DNA from: a candidate division FCPU426 bacterium
Lineage (GTDB): Bacteria; Oederibacteriota; PGYV01; Palsa-1178
NCBI GenBank assembly: GCA_963840035.1
Contig: CAWIXE010000002.1
Location: 896,001-960,000, forward strand
DNA length: 64,000 bases
Direction: 5' to 3'
Positions 10,311-20,849 of this stretch are shown one piece after another. The notes under the pieces were generated by a model, which worked only from the letters and a program-made list of their open reading frames with translations, searched no databases and was not told the DNA's origin. Positions within the stretch are counted from its first letter, which is position 1; each line of letters opens with the position of its first letter. Position numbers and translations under genes: made by a program.

Positions 10311-11144
10311 TTATTTCAAACCGATCTGCTTCCTTTGCAAAGGTAAAAAATTTTCTTTTGATACTACTTTTTTACCTGTTCTTCGTTCAATGTCTCTTCT
10401 TGTTCTGCCCGCAACAGCTCCGCCGTCGGCCGCATCCTTTTTTAGCGGGTTAAATCCTCTGGAATTTCTGTCCTGCGTAATTTTTGTCGTTGTGGCTTCA
10501 GCAAGCATTGTCAGGATCAATTCCAGGTCAGTCATGTGGTCTCTTAAGTTTTCGCGCTGCAAATTTTTTATCTTTTTATATTCAGCCACAGGCAGTTCAA
10601 ACGTTCCCTTCATTATTTCATTGGTCAGTATTGCGTATTCCCGTTCTGTTTCAACGTCTCTTTGCGCCCATTCATCAGTCAGGCTGTGCCTTACTGCTAT
10701 ACCCCTCATCCGCTTATCCACCCAGGATCTCGGGTACCCTTTCTTTTCGTAAAGTTCTTTCATCCTGGACATTGATAATTCAGGGTCCTCGATTTCATCT
10801 ATTCTTTCTTTCCCGACTTTTGCCAGCCATCTTTTTAATGGTTCAACTTTTTTTGATGGAATAGACTGTATAATCCTGAACATCGTTTCGGTATTTGCGC
10901 AGTCTGTTTCGTAATACTTACCATCGGAGGATTGGACTTTCAGTTGTCCGATTTTTTCGGACAACTCGGCATATCCCTCTGTTTTCAGCTTCTTTTTTAA
11001 GTCATTCCAGTATTTACGGGGTCTCTGGCTGTCTGTCAGCACATAAACCACATCTATGATTGAAAACCACCATTCCCCATTATTCATAATTTTTCTGACG
11101 GTTTTACCGTGAAATAGGTCTAACTTTTTGGTTTCTTTTTTCAA
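10311..11144 (-). CDS. Bro-N domain (antirepressor-like) protein
   Basis: EWWFSIIDVV.VLTDS..PRKYWNDLKKKL, RIIQSIPS, ENLRDHMTDLELI. Confidence 0.82.
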   Translation of the reverse strand: MKKETKKLDLFHGKTVRKIMNNGEWWFSIIDVVYVLTDSQRPRKYWNDLKKKLKTEGYAELSEKIGQLKVQSSDGKYYETDCANTETMFRIIQSIPSKKVEPLKRWLAKVGKERIDEIEDPELSMSRMKELYEKKGYPRSWVDKRMRGIAVRHSLTDEWAQRDVETEREYAILTNEIMKGTFELPVAEYKKIKNLQRENLRDHMTDLELILTMLAEATTTKITQDRNSRGFNPLKKDAADGGAVAGRTRRDIERRTGKKVVSKENFLPLQRKQIGLK

Positions 11145-11211
11145 GTAACACCTCGATCCAATATTCTAGTCAGCCTGGACTGGAGCCGCCAAGTGTGTTT
11201 TAATCTAAATA

Positions 11212-11241
11212 AAGTATACGCTTTGTATACTTGTATGTCAA
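11212..11241 (-). promoter_or_regulatory. Promoter with overlapping palindrome upstream of the Bro-N gene
   Basis: TTGACA-17 nt-TATACT on minus; inverted repeat AAGTATAC-N5-GTATACTT at 11212-11232. Confidence 0.65.
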
Positions 11242-11797
11242 TAATATTTTGGTTTTGTGATAAATATCAACTATCAACCGGGGACTGGTACTATTTTTTG
11301 CTATAATAAACACGTGAGTACATCACAACACAATTGTTCATTGTTAATTATTAATTGTTAATTGCCCCTTTCCGCCTTTCGTATCTTATTCCACCTATCC
11401 CCCACATACGGCCAGTGTTCCCAACCTTGCTCATTATATCTAAAATCCCCATCCCACGCAACGCATGCCCAGTCAAGTTCAAGGCCTTGGACGTGGAATT
11501 CAGTGGCTACGTCTTGTCAACTATTAACTCGCCTTGCCAGCCGGAGCAGTACTATCGCGGAGGCTGGAGGTCTGGTACCATTTTTACTGGTATGAAAGTA
11601 CCTGTCCGGAATATCGGCAATAAATACCTCCATCAATTTTAACAAAGACACCGGAAAACACGTCCCACAATCCCACATATTCTTATAACGCTTATGCTGA
11701 ATTTGTCAAGATTATAGATTGAGGATTCCGGCCCCGAAACATTTATTAGTTTGTCATTTTAGTGCCGATTTAAGAATCGCTCAACCTATGGAATCTT

Positions 11798-12750
11798 GTA
11801 GAGACGGGGCTCGTCCCCGTCTCGCCTTAAACACCGAGACGCCCGCGAGGGGCGTCTCTACAGGTTTGTTTGTGTCGTTGTATGGGCGATTCATGAATCG
11901 CCAATACAAATAAATTTCGTAGAGACGGGGCTCGTCCCCGTCTCGTCTTAAACACCGAGACGCCCACAAGGGGCGTCTCTACAGGTTTGTTTGTGTCGTT
12001 GTATGGGCGATTCATGAATCGCCAATACAAATAAATTTCGTAGAGACGGGGCTCGTCCCCGTCTCGTCTTAAACACCGAGACGCCCACGAGGGGCGTCTC
12101 TACAGGTTTGTTTGTGTCGTTGTATGGGCGATTCATGAATCGCCAATACAAATAAATTTCGTAGAGACGGGGCTCGTCCCCGTCTCGTCTTAAACACCGA
12201 GACGCCCACGAGGGGCGTCTCTACAGGTTTGTTTGTGTCGTTGTATGGGCGATTCATGAATCGCCAATACAAATAAATTTCGTAGAGACGGGGCTCGTCC
12301 CCGTCTCGTCTTAAACACCGAGACGCCCACAAGGGGCGTCTCTACAGGTTTGTTTGTGTCGTTGTATGGGCGATTCATGAATCGCCAATACAAATAAATT
12401 TCGTAGAGACGGGGCTCGTCCCCGTCTCGTCTTAAACACCGAGACGCCCACGAGGGGCGTCTCTACAGGTTTGTTTGTGTCGTTGTATGGGCGATTCATG
12501 AATCGCCAATACAAATAAATTTCGTAGAGACGGGGCTCGTCCCCGTCTCGCCTTAAACACCGAGACGCCCACGAGGGGCGTCTCTACAGGTTTGTTTGTG
12601 TCGTTGTATGGGCGATTCATGAATCGCCAATACAAATAAATTTCGTAGAGACGGGGCTCGTCCCCGTCTCGTCTTAAACACCGAGACGCCCACAAGGGGC
12701 GTCTCTACAGGTTTGTTTGTGTTGTTGTATGGATAATTCACGAATCGCCA
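11798..12750. repeat. Tandem array of about 8 x 121-bp REP/BIME-like units, three hairpins per unit
   Basis: GTAGAGACGGGG recurs at 11798, 11919, 12040, 12161, 12282, 12403, 12524 and 12645; units are near-identical, with no unique spacers. Confidence 0.95.
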
Positions 12751-12885
12751 AAACCGGGTACAGCCTGTCCCTTGTTCCTTGCCGCTGTACTGACCAACAC
12801 AAACAGCGTACTTGTCACGTCTCAGGTAAGGACCTGCCCCATTCTTTGGCTAAAATCAACGTGTACAGGTTATAAGATACAGGTA

Positions 12886-13572
12886 TCACATCCTGTCGAG
12901 CTTGACGTCATCTATAAACACGGCTACGTTGGCGCTGTCATCGAGCACTGTCGAAGAGTGGGTAATTGTGATTGAAATGTCGTTTAACGACGAGAGTATC
13001 TGCTGCCTGGTGGAGCCGAGCTCCTCAAAATCCGTAAAGTTGAGGGTAAAAGTCTGCCATGTCCCCGGAGTGGGTGTGAGCACGTATTTCAGCCCGTTTC
13101 CAAGGTTGTCATTAAGCCTGATTTCGTAACTTAAGCTGCCGGTTCCGGCGCTGATAACATCAAATTTTATCCTGAATTTTATGTAGGTCTGATATGAAGC
13201 GTCCAAAAAATCCGTATTGGATGTCATCAGGTACGTGCCTATTACCAGGGTCCCCAGGAAACTGGATGTGCCGTAATGTGCCTGCGCGGTCCCGGTCACA
13301 GCAAGGCAGGCGCTGTTTTCATCAGAAGTTGAAATGGACAGCCCTGTATGAGTACTTCCTGTAGAGCCGGTGACAAACCAGTAGTTAGTTGAGACGGCGG
13401 CAGATACGGAGTTATTCAGGTCGCCGTCGGTAAAATCATCCACATAAACCGGCGGGGGCGTCGGAGTCGGTGAAGGAGTTGGGCCGGAGTCATTTTTTTT
13501 GCATGAGACCGAAAAGAACATCGTAACGACGAATACCACTGCCAGTGCCTGTATCATTTTCTTATTGAACAT
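12886..13572 (-). CDS. Lipoprotein with Pro/Thr linker and CBM11/CIA30-like domain
   Basis: SVSCKK lipobox, PTPSPTPTPPP, VDDFTDGD...WQTFTLNFTDF...FIDDVKL. Confidence 0.65.
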   Translation of the reverse strand: MFNKKMIQALAVVFVVTMFFSVSCKKNDSGPTPSPTPTPPPVYVDDFTDGDLNNSVSAAVSTNYWFVTGSTGSTHTGLSISTSDENSACLAVTGTAQAHYGTSSFLGTLVIGTYLMTSNTDFLDASYQTYIKFRIKFDVISAGTGSLSYEIRLNDNLGNGLKYVLTPTPGTWQTFTLNFTDFEELGSTRQQILSSLNDISITITHSSTVLDDSANVAVFIDDVKLDRM

Positions 13573-13771
13573 AAACCCTCCCATAGTATTGCGGCCATGC
13601 CGCAGTTGTAATTAATTACTAAAACCCCGATCCAAATTACCGCCCATCAAACCATAGAAGCGCAGTAAAATCAAATTTATCAACTATTAACTCGCCTTGC
13701 CAGACGGAGCAGTACTATCGCGGAGGCTGGAGGTCTGGTACCATTTTTTTAATCCCATTATGCCCGTTAGC

Positions 13772-14695
13772 CTAATAACAATTCATAAAATATAAAGCCG
13801 GTGAATATGAAGTTGTGCTAAGTGTCCCCGGTGACGCCGGCATGTTTATATCAGGGTCTGCGGTAACATCCATATATCGCCCTCCGGCTACCGGGTAATG
13901 AGCATATATCGTACTACTTCCCACAAGTCCGATCCAGTAGTCCCCTGCTAAAAGGACAGTGTCAGGAAATGAGTAATTTGCCCATCCCGCAGTTCCGTTC
14001 TGTAACGCGCTTTGCGCGATTAGCGCGCCCGGTTCGCCGCCGCTGTCGCCATATATGCCGGCCCTTAAATAGCCTCCGGAGCTATAACATTTTGCCGCGT
14101 ATGCGTTGACCGTAATCGTTGAAGAAACAGTGTATTTGAAAAAAACTATATATCCGCCGGCCCATGTCGTGGCAGTGTCGGTAAAATCACCCAGCATGTT
14201 GGTACAGCCGGTGGTCGAAACCGGAGTCAGGGTGCAGGTGGCTGTAGCTGTAACGGTAGCTGTTGGCGTGGTTGTCGGGCTCACAATCGGGTTTCCGGAA
14301 CAGTCCAGTCCGGTAGCACTAAGCCCTGAGCACATCAAGTTACCGGAGACGCACATTAAATTACCGGCGTAACGCTGCCCGTCCTGGCAGTCATAACAGA
14401 CACCTCCGGTGTCTGTCAGGTGGTTGTCTGTTACACCGTCGCAGTCATCGTCTATGCCGTTACAGACTTCGGCGGAAGGTTTTGTATTGCAGCTGCAGTT
14501 TCCAAAAGGATAAGTTGACGGGTCGTCATTTATGCATGTAGTTGTGGGCGTGGCCGTGGAACTGGCCCCGGGCGTAATAGTGGCCGTGTATGTCGCCGCA
14601 TTCTGGTTTGTAGGCGAAGATGGCGCTTTACTTGCGCATTGAGATAAAACAACCAGCGCTGAAAATACAAAGATAACAGCCATAATTTTTCTCAT
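13772..14695 (-). CDS. Lipoprotein with Thr stalks, a Cys-rich putative metal-binding (MopE-like) motif and a C-terminal beta-sandwich
   Basis: LSQC lipobox; AEVCNGIDDDCDGVTD; C-terminus resembles that of 43345..44121 (GIY.D..G.PGALI, L.AG.YWIG). Confidence 0.65.
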   Translation of the reverse strand: MRKIMAVIFVFSALVVLSQCASKAPSSPTNQNAATYTATITPGASSTATPTTTCINDDPSTYPFGNCSCNTKPSAEVCNGIDDDCDGVTDNHLTDTGGVCYDCQDGQRYAGNLMCVSGNLMCSGLSATGLDCSGNPIVSPTTTPTATVTATATCTLTPVSTTGCTNMLGDFTDTATTWAGGYIVFFKYTVSSTITVNAYAAKCYSSGGYLRAGIYGDSGGEPGALIAQSALQNGTAGWANYSFPDTVLLAGDYWIGLVGSSTIYAHYPVAGGRYMDVTADPDINMPASPGTLSTTSYSPALYFMNCY

Positions 14696-14805
14696 GTAAA
14701 CCGCCTCCGATTATTCCGTGTAATTGTAAACTGATTTATTTATTATATATGATTTTCAGGGCGAGTCAACGCCATAAAATTTGACCCCATCACCTCAACT
14801 TTTTA

Positions 14806-15060
14806 TTACTCATGTCTGTCCCGGTTTTTAACGCTCTTGCCGGAGACGGATTCAAGATACATCCGCTCGACCTTGATTCTTGCCCAGTTATTTTTCCGCA
14901 GAAATTTCAGACTCGAGCTGACGCTCGGATTGGAGAAAAAACAGTTAATCTTTACCCGGCGGTTCATTTCTATCCATCCGAATTTTTCCACGAGATAATT
15001 CAGTATCTGCTCAAGGGTGATGCCATGAAGCGGATTATTAACTTGAGAATCGCCGGCCAT
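14806..15060 (-). CDS. VF530/DUF2132 family small DNA-binding protein
   Basis: NNPLHGITLEQIL..LVE.FGW, INCF.SNPSVSSSLKFLRK..WAR.KVE. Confidence 0.88.
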   Translation of the reverse strand: MAGDSQVNNPLHGITLEQILNYLVEKFGWIEMNRRVKINCFFSNPSVSSSLKFLRKNNWARIKVERMYLESVSGKSVKNRDRHE

Positions 15061-15183
15061 TAAAAACCTCCTGCATCAATGCATTGAAAATTTCGCATAT
15101 TATCATACCAAAGAGTATAACATAAAACCGGCCGGTTACACTAAAGCCTTACACCGGCCCTTGACTTAAGACATGAAACGTCC

Positions 15184-15263
15184 CGGTTCAGACCTTGCTT
15201 ATAGCATTCAAACCATATCCCATTAGTTTGACTTTATCAATGCTCTAAGCAAGGCCTGCCCCC
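15184..15263. repeat. Short element with inverted ends (GGTTCAGACCTTGCTTATAGCATT ... AATGCTCTAAGCAAGGCCTGCCCC)
   Basis: Imperfect inverted pair; a related half GGTGTCAGACCTTGCTTAGAGCATT occurs near 49998. Confidence 0.55.
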
Positions 15264-15517
15264 GATCCATGCTTAACCATATAATAATCGCGCCCCAGCG
15301 CAATAGACGACAATTGTTAATTCTTAATTGTTAATTGCCTTTTTGCCGTTTCTTTGTCAATTCCGCCCTGCTCTTATTGTATATAGTTTAATCATTTAAA
15401 AAGGTTTTTCCAAAACCCCGCCCCACCCCGTGAAACCAACCGTCTCCCCACCATTGCTTTTCCACGGTTATTATATTATATGTTAACTAAGATGACTTCC
15501 AAACAGGAGGTGCGCTC

Positions 15518-16063
15518 ATGATTATTGGATACTTGTTTCCTGCCGCGATTTATACCTTTTTCTACCTCCAGCACTATAACTTCATCAAAGCTCACCCGCA
15601 CGACCAGGCTGCCATCTGGATGAACATCATTTTAGCCGTAGTACTTGTCATTACAGCCATAGTATTCATTTACGCGGCCATAAAAGAAGCGCTTGATGCC
15701 GCGGATATGGAAAAGGCTGAAAAAGAGTGGCAGGTAAGGCGTGAAAAAGAAGCGGCTGAAAGAGATGAAGCGGCGCGAAAGGACAAGAAACTATGGGAAG
15801 AAAATATGAAAAAACTGCGAGAAGAAAGGTCCAGCAAAATCGAGGAAGAAAAAACAGCCTTCTCAGTCAAGGCATACAACGAAAGATACTACGGAGCCCC
15901 CGGCTACCGTGAAAAGATGTGCCCGGAAGAAATCCTGAAAGCATTTAAATCCACAAACGGCCCCATGCTCCCCGAAATCCCCGGAGAGGTCAGGGTGAAG
16001 ACTGCGGAGTATACCAGGATGGTTAGGGAGACTTGTGATAGGTTGGGTGAAAGGTTTAATTGA
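15518..16063 (+). CDS. Hypothetical 2-TM membrane protein with charged coiled-coil tail
   Basis: 181-aa ORF, AGGAGG RBS, two hydrophobic segments. Confidence 0.7.
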   Translation: MIIGYLFPAAIYTFFYLQHYNFIKAHPHDQAAIWMNIILAVVLVITAIVFIYAAIKEALDAADMEKAEKEWQVRREKEAAERDEAARKDKKLWEENMKKLREERSSKIEEEKTAFSVKAYNERYYGAPGYREKMCPEEILKAFKSTNGPMLPEIPGEVRVKTAEYTRMVRETCDRLGERFN

Positions 16064-16142
16064 AAATCTTAATTAGAGTCATGAATCAGGCTCTGGAACC
16101 TTGATTCACTCCGGTTATTGCTTCCTGGCGTCCATAATTTTA

Positions 16143-19100
16143 TTAAACATTCAAAAGCGCCTTAAATCTATCCCCATAAACAATCGATTCTCTTAATTGT
16201 TTAAATATTTCCGGATTTTGTCTGGCTATTTCCTTGACCGTCTTTTTTTTGTCTAATTTAACCGCCATCTCAAGCAGCCCCATCGCTTCAGACAAATATG
16301 AATCTTTTGATATTTTAGGATTTTTTCGCGCTATAAAGCAAAGAGTCCTGGCCTTTCCGTAAAGCGCGTCAGGATAGTCATGCCTTATTTCTATTGCGGC
16401 TGAATACGCTTTAAGGGCTTCATTATCCCTGTAAAGCTGGCCCAAAAGGAATCCGGACTCCTTAAAAGCCTCCGCATAATTGGGTTTTAAGCGGATGGCC
16501 TCCTCATATTCCTTTAATGCGTCGCCTCTTTTTTCTTTGCCAAATTTCGTAAGTATATAGCCTCTTGTATAGTGTGCAAACGCGTTATTGGCGAGCACAT
16601 CTTTTGCGCCATCTATTACTTCAAGAGCCCTGCCAAAATCGCCTAAATTCGCTAAAATTGCCGCGTGTTCGCATATCGCGTCAGGCATTGCAGGATTCAG
16701 TTCAAGCGCTTTTTTAATAATATCAAGGGCAAGTTCATGTTTTGAATCAGTGGTATATGCCCTGGCAAGCTGGCAATACGACATGATATTTGACGGGTCC
16801 AGGTCTATGGCCTTTTTATAGTCACTTATGGCGTCATTTAAGCGGCCTTTTGTGCGGATCACAGTTTTTGCCCTATTGACGTATAATTCTGCCTCAAAAG
16901 GATACAAATATATCATGGTGTTAAATTCTTTTTCAGCGTCCGCTAATTTGCCGTTACGCGCAAGTGAAATCGCCCGCATGAAGCGCCTGAAGTCAACCTG
17001 ATATCCGAGGCTAACAGCTTTATTCCAGTCGTTTTTCGCCGCCTCTTCATGGCCCGAACCCAGTTCATGGTAAATTTCAGACCTGAATGCGTATAACTCC
17101 GCGAAATCAGGGTTTAACTTGATGGCTTTATCAATTTCACTTATTGCTTCTTTGAGTCTTGAAAGCTTTACCAGCGCAATGCTTTTTAAATGGTAATAGC
17201 TTGGTTTCTTCCCATTTATTAAAATTGCCTTGTCATACTCGGCAACAGCCTTCTCATAATCATTCATTTTAGCGTATACTATTCCTTTATTGGAATAAGC
17301 TCCGTCATATTTTCTTCGTATTACTATCGCCTTATCGAACGCCTGCAGAGCCGTGTCATAATACCCCTGCTGTGAAAGCGCCATACCAAGCCTCAAATAC
17401 GCGTACGCGTTGTTGGAATCATATTCCAGGGCGTTGTTTAATGCTGTAATAGCATCCGGCAGCCGCCTCATTAGGCCCAGGATTATTGCTTTATTTACGT
17501 ACGCATCTGAAAACTCCGGCCGTAAAGCCAGCGCGTTTTCAACCGCGGTGAGCGCTTCAGGAAAATCACCTTTGCGCCCAAGTATATAACAGCGGTTATT
17601 CCAAGCGTCGGCAAATTCCGGATTTAACTCTATTGCTTTTGAGTTTTCTTCTAGGGCTTTTTCTATCTGGTCCGAACGGGCGTAATTATATCCAAGCCCA
17701 TAATGAGCGTATGCGTTATCGGGATTAATTTTCAGGATTAACTCAAATAAGCGCTGTGAACGCTCAAAGTCTATCTGGTGCGAATAATACCGGCTCAGAT
17801 ATTCGAGCCCTTCCTGATCAAGCGATTTTTCCATGGATTGTGCTGTCTTTTCAAACCGGTCGTCCTCAGATAACAGGTCTTCCGGGTATTTTACGATTTT
17901 GATTAAAAATCCCGGGTGAGGTTTTACTTTTCCTTCTGATAAAGGCTCAAGCATGAAGTATCGTTTTTCAAGTTCACACAGGTCTTTTTCCAGGCTTACC
18001 CTGTCAGAGCCGCAGCCAAAAACATTTTCTAAAATATGCTGTATTCGGACAACAGCCTGCGGTATGCCGACGGAATCCAGCAGTTTCATAGCCTGAAGCA
18101 GCCGTTTGCCGTGCGGATCAAGGTTTTCATATTGTGCCGTCATATTTTCGTACTGCAAATACTGAGTTATGTCGCCGGGCAGCGGATAGTTGCGCTCCTG
18201 GGTTTCATCCCATTCTAACCCGACTTTTTTCGATAATTCTTCACGCTGCGAAACGGTCATAGGGACAAGCCTGTATTTTTGCAGATAATCTTCGCAGAAA
18301 CGGACGACTGTATTGCCTGCACTTTCCAGAAGCAGAGAATAATTCGCCCCTTTACGGCAGGTTGCGGCTACAGCATAATTCCCGCCCGTAGCTTCACCAG
18401 TCAATTTGGCAAATGAGATAATATCGTAATTCTCACGCGCCAACTGATCTATATCATCCAGCAGTATTATAACCTTTCTATTCTTTAAAAATGAAAAAGC
18501 ATTTCTGTCCGGCACCGGTTTTTTTGCGGCCGGGGAAATAACCACATAATCCTTTAAACCTATAAGTATATTCAGCATGGCAAGTGTTTTTCCGGCATTA
18601 AATGTATCTACCATCAGCAATCCGCGGCCGCCGCCTTCCCGCAGCTTCTTCCTGAGTGCTTTTTCTGTAAACTTACGGCCTTCGTCCGCTTCCGGATCAT
18701 AATCGCTTTTATCCCATACAAACTCTCTATGTATATAAGATTTTTCAAAAAACGGCCTTGTCCCGTCTTTAAAGTCCTTTTTTTCACCCGATTTTACTTT
18801 TTCAAATCTCAGGTCAGCAAGAGTTAGTTCATTAGTATTTTTGCAAAGCGCAAAAGACTCAATACGGCGCATCGTTTTAAGCCTTAATTTATTTATTATA
18901 AAACCGGATAACCAAATGATAAAATTTAAAGTAATAAAAACCATAATGGACGACATTATTACAGGATGCCTGTTTGCGAATTCAACTATCGCCACAGACG
19001 CGGGGTCCCTGTTAAGAAAACTTATAACGATGCTGATAATTAGCGCAAGTAATGACAAAGAATTAAAAACTATAAACGCTATGGATTTAGACATCAAAGT

Positions 19101-19157
19101 GACAAAATCTTCAATAAACAAGATCAGTTTTTTCATTAACATTGTACCCCACAACAA
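16143..19157 (-). CDS. N-terminal TM + divergent P-loop NTPase + long TPR array
   Basis: Two hydrophobic helices; Walker A-like DTFNAGKT; Walker B IILLDDID; many TPR units (KAIELNPEFADAWNNR etc.). Confidence 0.8.
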   Translation of the reverse strand: MLWGTMLMKKLILFIEDFVTLMSKSIAFIVFNSLSLLALIISIVISFLNRDPASVAIVEFANRHPVIMSSIMVFITLNFIIWLSGFIINKLRLKTMRRIESFALCKNTNELTLADLRFEKVKSGEKKDFKDGTRPFFEKSYIHREFVWDKSDYDPEADEGRKFTEKALRKKLREGGGRGLLMVDTFNAGKTLAMLNILIGLKDYVVISPAAKKPVPDRNAFSFLKNRKVIILLDDIDQLARENYDIISFAKLTGEATGGNYAVAATCRKGANYSLLLESAGNTVVRFCEDYLQKYRLVPMTVSQREELSKKVGLEWDETQERNYPLPGDITQYLQYENMTAQYENLDPHGKRLLQAMKLLDSVGIPQAVVRIQHILENVFGCGSDRVSLEKDLCELEKRYFMLEPLSEGKVKPHPGFLIKIVKYPEDLLSEDDRFEKTAQSMEKSLDQEGLEYLSRYYSHQIDFERSQRLFELILKINPDNAYAHYGLGYNYARSDQIEKALEENSKAIELNPEFADAWNNRCYILGRKGDFPEALTAVENALALRPEFSDAYVNKAIILGLMRRLPDAITALNNALEYDSNNAYAYLRLGMALSQQGYYDTALQAFDKAIVIRRKYDGAYSNKGIVYAKMNDYEKAVAEYDKAILINGKKPSYYHLKSIALVKLSRLKEAISEIDKAIKLNPDFAELYAFRSEIYHELGSGHEEAAKNDWNKAVSLGYQVDFRRFMRAISLARNGKLADAEKEFNTMIYLYPFEAELYVNRAKTVIRTKGRLNDAISDYKKAIDLDPSNIMSYCQLARAYTTDSKHELALDIIKKALELNPAMPDAICEHAAILANLGDFGRALEVIDGAKDVLANNAFAHYTRGYILTKFGKEKRGDALKEYEEAIRLKPNYAEAFKESGFLLGQLYRDNEALKAYSAAIEIRHDYPDALYGKARTLCFIARKNPKISKDSYLSEAMGLLEMAVKLDKKKTVKEIARQNPEIFKQLRESIVYGDRFKALLNV

Positions 19158-19201
19158 TTTTATATGAATAGATTATATCTTTTATGGCTCCCTATCATAA
19201 G

Positions 19202-19296
19202 TAATTGTACCAGACCCCGAGTTAATAAACAACTTTATTAACATTCAACAGCCCCTTCTATTATCAACTATTAACTCGAGGTCTGGTATCATTTTT
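19202..19296. mobile_element. ~100-bp MITE/REPIN-like element with terminal inverted repeats (family C)
   Basis: TGTACCAGACCCCGAGTTAATA ... TATTAACTCGAGGTCTGGTATCA; the same paired layout occurs at 34731, 52929 and 63579. Confidence 0.6.
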
Positions 19297-19330
19297 TGTA
19301 TTTGATTAGCCTTTAAATATTTGAACAGAC

Positions 19331-20806
19331 CTACTGACCCTGCCTCTTCAACCACCCCATAACTTCCCACGTAGCTTGCAAATCCTCTTCATTATACACT
19401 AAAATCGTCTTCATAAGTTCTTCCCGTTTTAAAGAATCCTTCGTCTCCATAGCCTTTATGTACTGCGCCATGGACCAAGACCCTCCATACTCTTCCTGCG
19501 ACCGCTTAAATCCCGCCAACTTCTCTAAGACCTTCAAAGAGTAACTCGGCGCAGCCAAAATCACCGATGTCCTTGCCTCCGGGTACAGGTCGAAAAGATT
19601 GGATTTCACCCTCTCCGCTATGGCTATGTCGTCGCCGTATCTTGATAAGTACAAGTCGAGTTTGGTTTTTTCGTAGCTGGAGTAGTGGACGAAAGGTATG
19701 TCTCCGTATTCGTCCAGTATGGCCTTGCTAAGCCGCAGGAACTCCAGCCACCCCTGTTTATCCCCCTCAGAGCCCATAGGAGCCACCGCAGGCGTGTATG
19801 TGGATGGTTTTGCGCCGTATACCTTCAACCCCCACAGATAGACGGTATCTATCTCATCCAGGTAAGGCGGCATGCCTTCGAGGTCGAACATTACGTAGTT
19901 GTTAAAAAAAGGTATCTTGATAGGCTGAACCCACATATGCTCCCCGCTCTTCAAAGCCCGCGCCTGGTCAAATATCCGATAAGCCCGAACCCCCACTTTC
20001 ACCATCTGCTCCCCGCGCGCCTTTTTTAAAGCCTTCAAACTGGATACATCATAGTTATCCAGCAGTTCATCCACAGTATTTATCCCGACATCCCGAAGAG
20101 CGAAAGCCGTACCCTTATCTACATCAGATAGCACAGCCACATTCATCCCATCCATAGCCGCCTTCCAGCACCCATCCCCAAACCCACACCCATTACACCT
20201 GGTCCACCCCACAGGCATATAAGGCTCCGCACCAAGCGTCTTTATATGTAATATTTTCCCCACCTCCGCCTCAGCGCTCCCCCCGCCATCATAACCAAAC
20301 TCCAGCACTGCCCCAGTCCCGCTAACCACCTGCAACCCCGCAGGCAGAGTGCCTGTGGCTTTCTGAAAAAGATACCCATAAAACTGCAACTGCTTCACCA
20401 CTTCCGTATGATGTTCCACTTCATCCACCTTCCGCGCCATCTTGGCATCGCGGATGATGTAGGAGCTGCCTGAGAGGATGAGAAAATCCGGGTTGCCGAA
20501 TATGGAGTGTTTGATACCGCTGATCGTGATTTCAGCCTGAAAGGCGGGCTGATAGATGATAGAAGTTTTAGAAGCCATAAACTTTTTTGTTTGAGTTATC
20601 TTTTCTTCCATAGTCATAGCTGATAAGTCAACATGCGGGCCTATGGATTTCAGGTGGTCGAGTTCGTGGCGTTTGCCTAGGTCGAAGAGGACTTCCTGGT
20701 ATGGGTCGAGGGGTTTTTCGGGGGTTTGGAGGGAGCGGAGGAAGAGGCGCTTCGCGCACTCTTCGGGGATGTATAGGTCGTAAATGTTGGGTGCCGATAT
20801 ATTCAT
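19331..20806 (-). CDS. TM0106-family RecB-like nuclease with C-terminal RNase H-like domain
   Basis: GNPDFLI...IRDAK, QLQFY, CxxC, MFDLEG, HYSSYE, SYSLK, YNEEDL. Confidence 0.85.
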   Translation of the reverse strand: MNISAPNIYDLYIPEECAKRLFLRSLQTPEKPLDPYQEVLFDLGKRHELDHLKSIGPHVDLSAMTMEEKITQTKKFMASKTSIIYQPAFQAEITISGIKHSIFGNPDFLILSGSSYIIRDAKMARKVDEVEHHTEVVKQLQFYGYLFQKATGTLPAGLQVVSGTGAVLEFGYDGGGSAEAEVGKILHIKTLGAEPYMPVGWTRCNGCGFGDGCWKAAMDGMNVAVLSDVDKGTAFALRDVGINTVDELLDNYDVSSLKALKKARGEQMVKVGVRAYRIFDQARALKSGEHMWVQPIKIPFFNNYVMFDLEGMPPYLDEIDTVYLWGLKVYGAKPSTYTPAVAPMGSEGDKQGWLEFLRLSKAILDEYGDIPFVHYSSYEKTKLDLYLSRYGDDIAIAERVKSNLFDLYPEARTSVILAAPSYSLKVLEKLAGFKRSQEEYGGSWSMAQYIKAMETKDSLKREELMKTILVYNEEDLQATWEVMGWLKRQGQ

Positions 20807-20849
20807 TATGTCTCCTTAAAGTAGATTCATACTTCCGGTCTCTGTAATA

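Noticed and set aside
10311..11144. Prophage, suggested by the Bro-N antirepressor-like gene
   Set aside because: No integrase, terminase, capsid, tail or lysis genes anywhere in the window
11719..12741. Multiple 62-87 aa ORFs (MYWRFMNRPY...)
   Set aside because: Translations of the tandem REP array with no RBS context; treated as non-coding
11798..12750. CRISPR array
   Set aside because: Whole 121-bp units are near-identical, there are no unique spacers, and no cas genes are in the window
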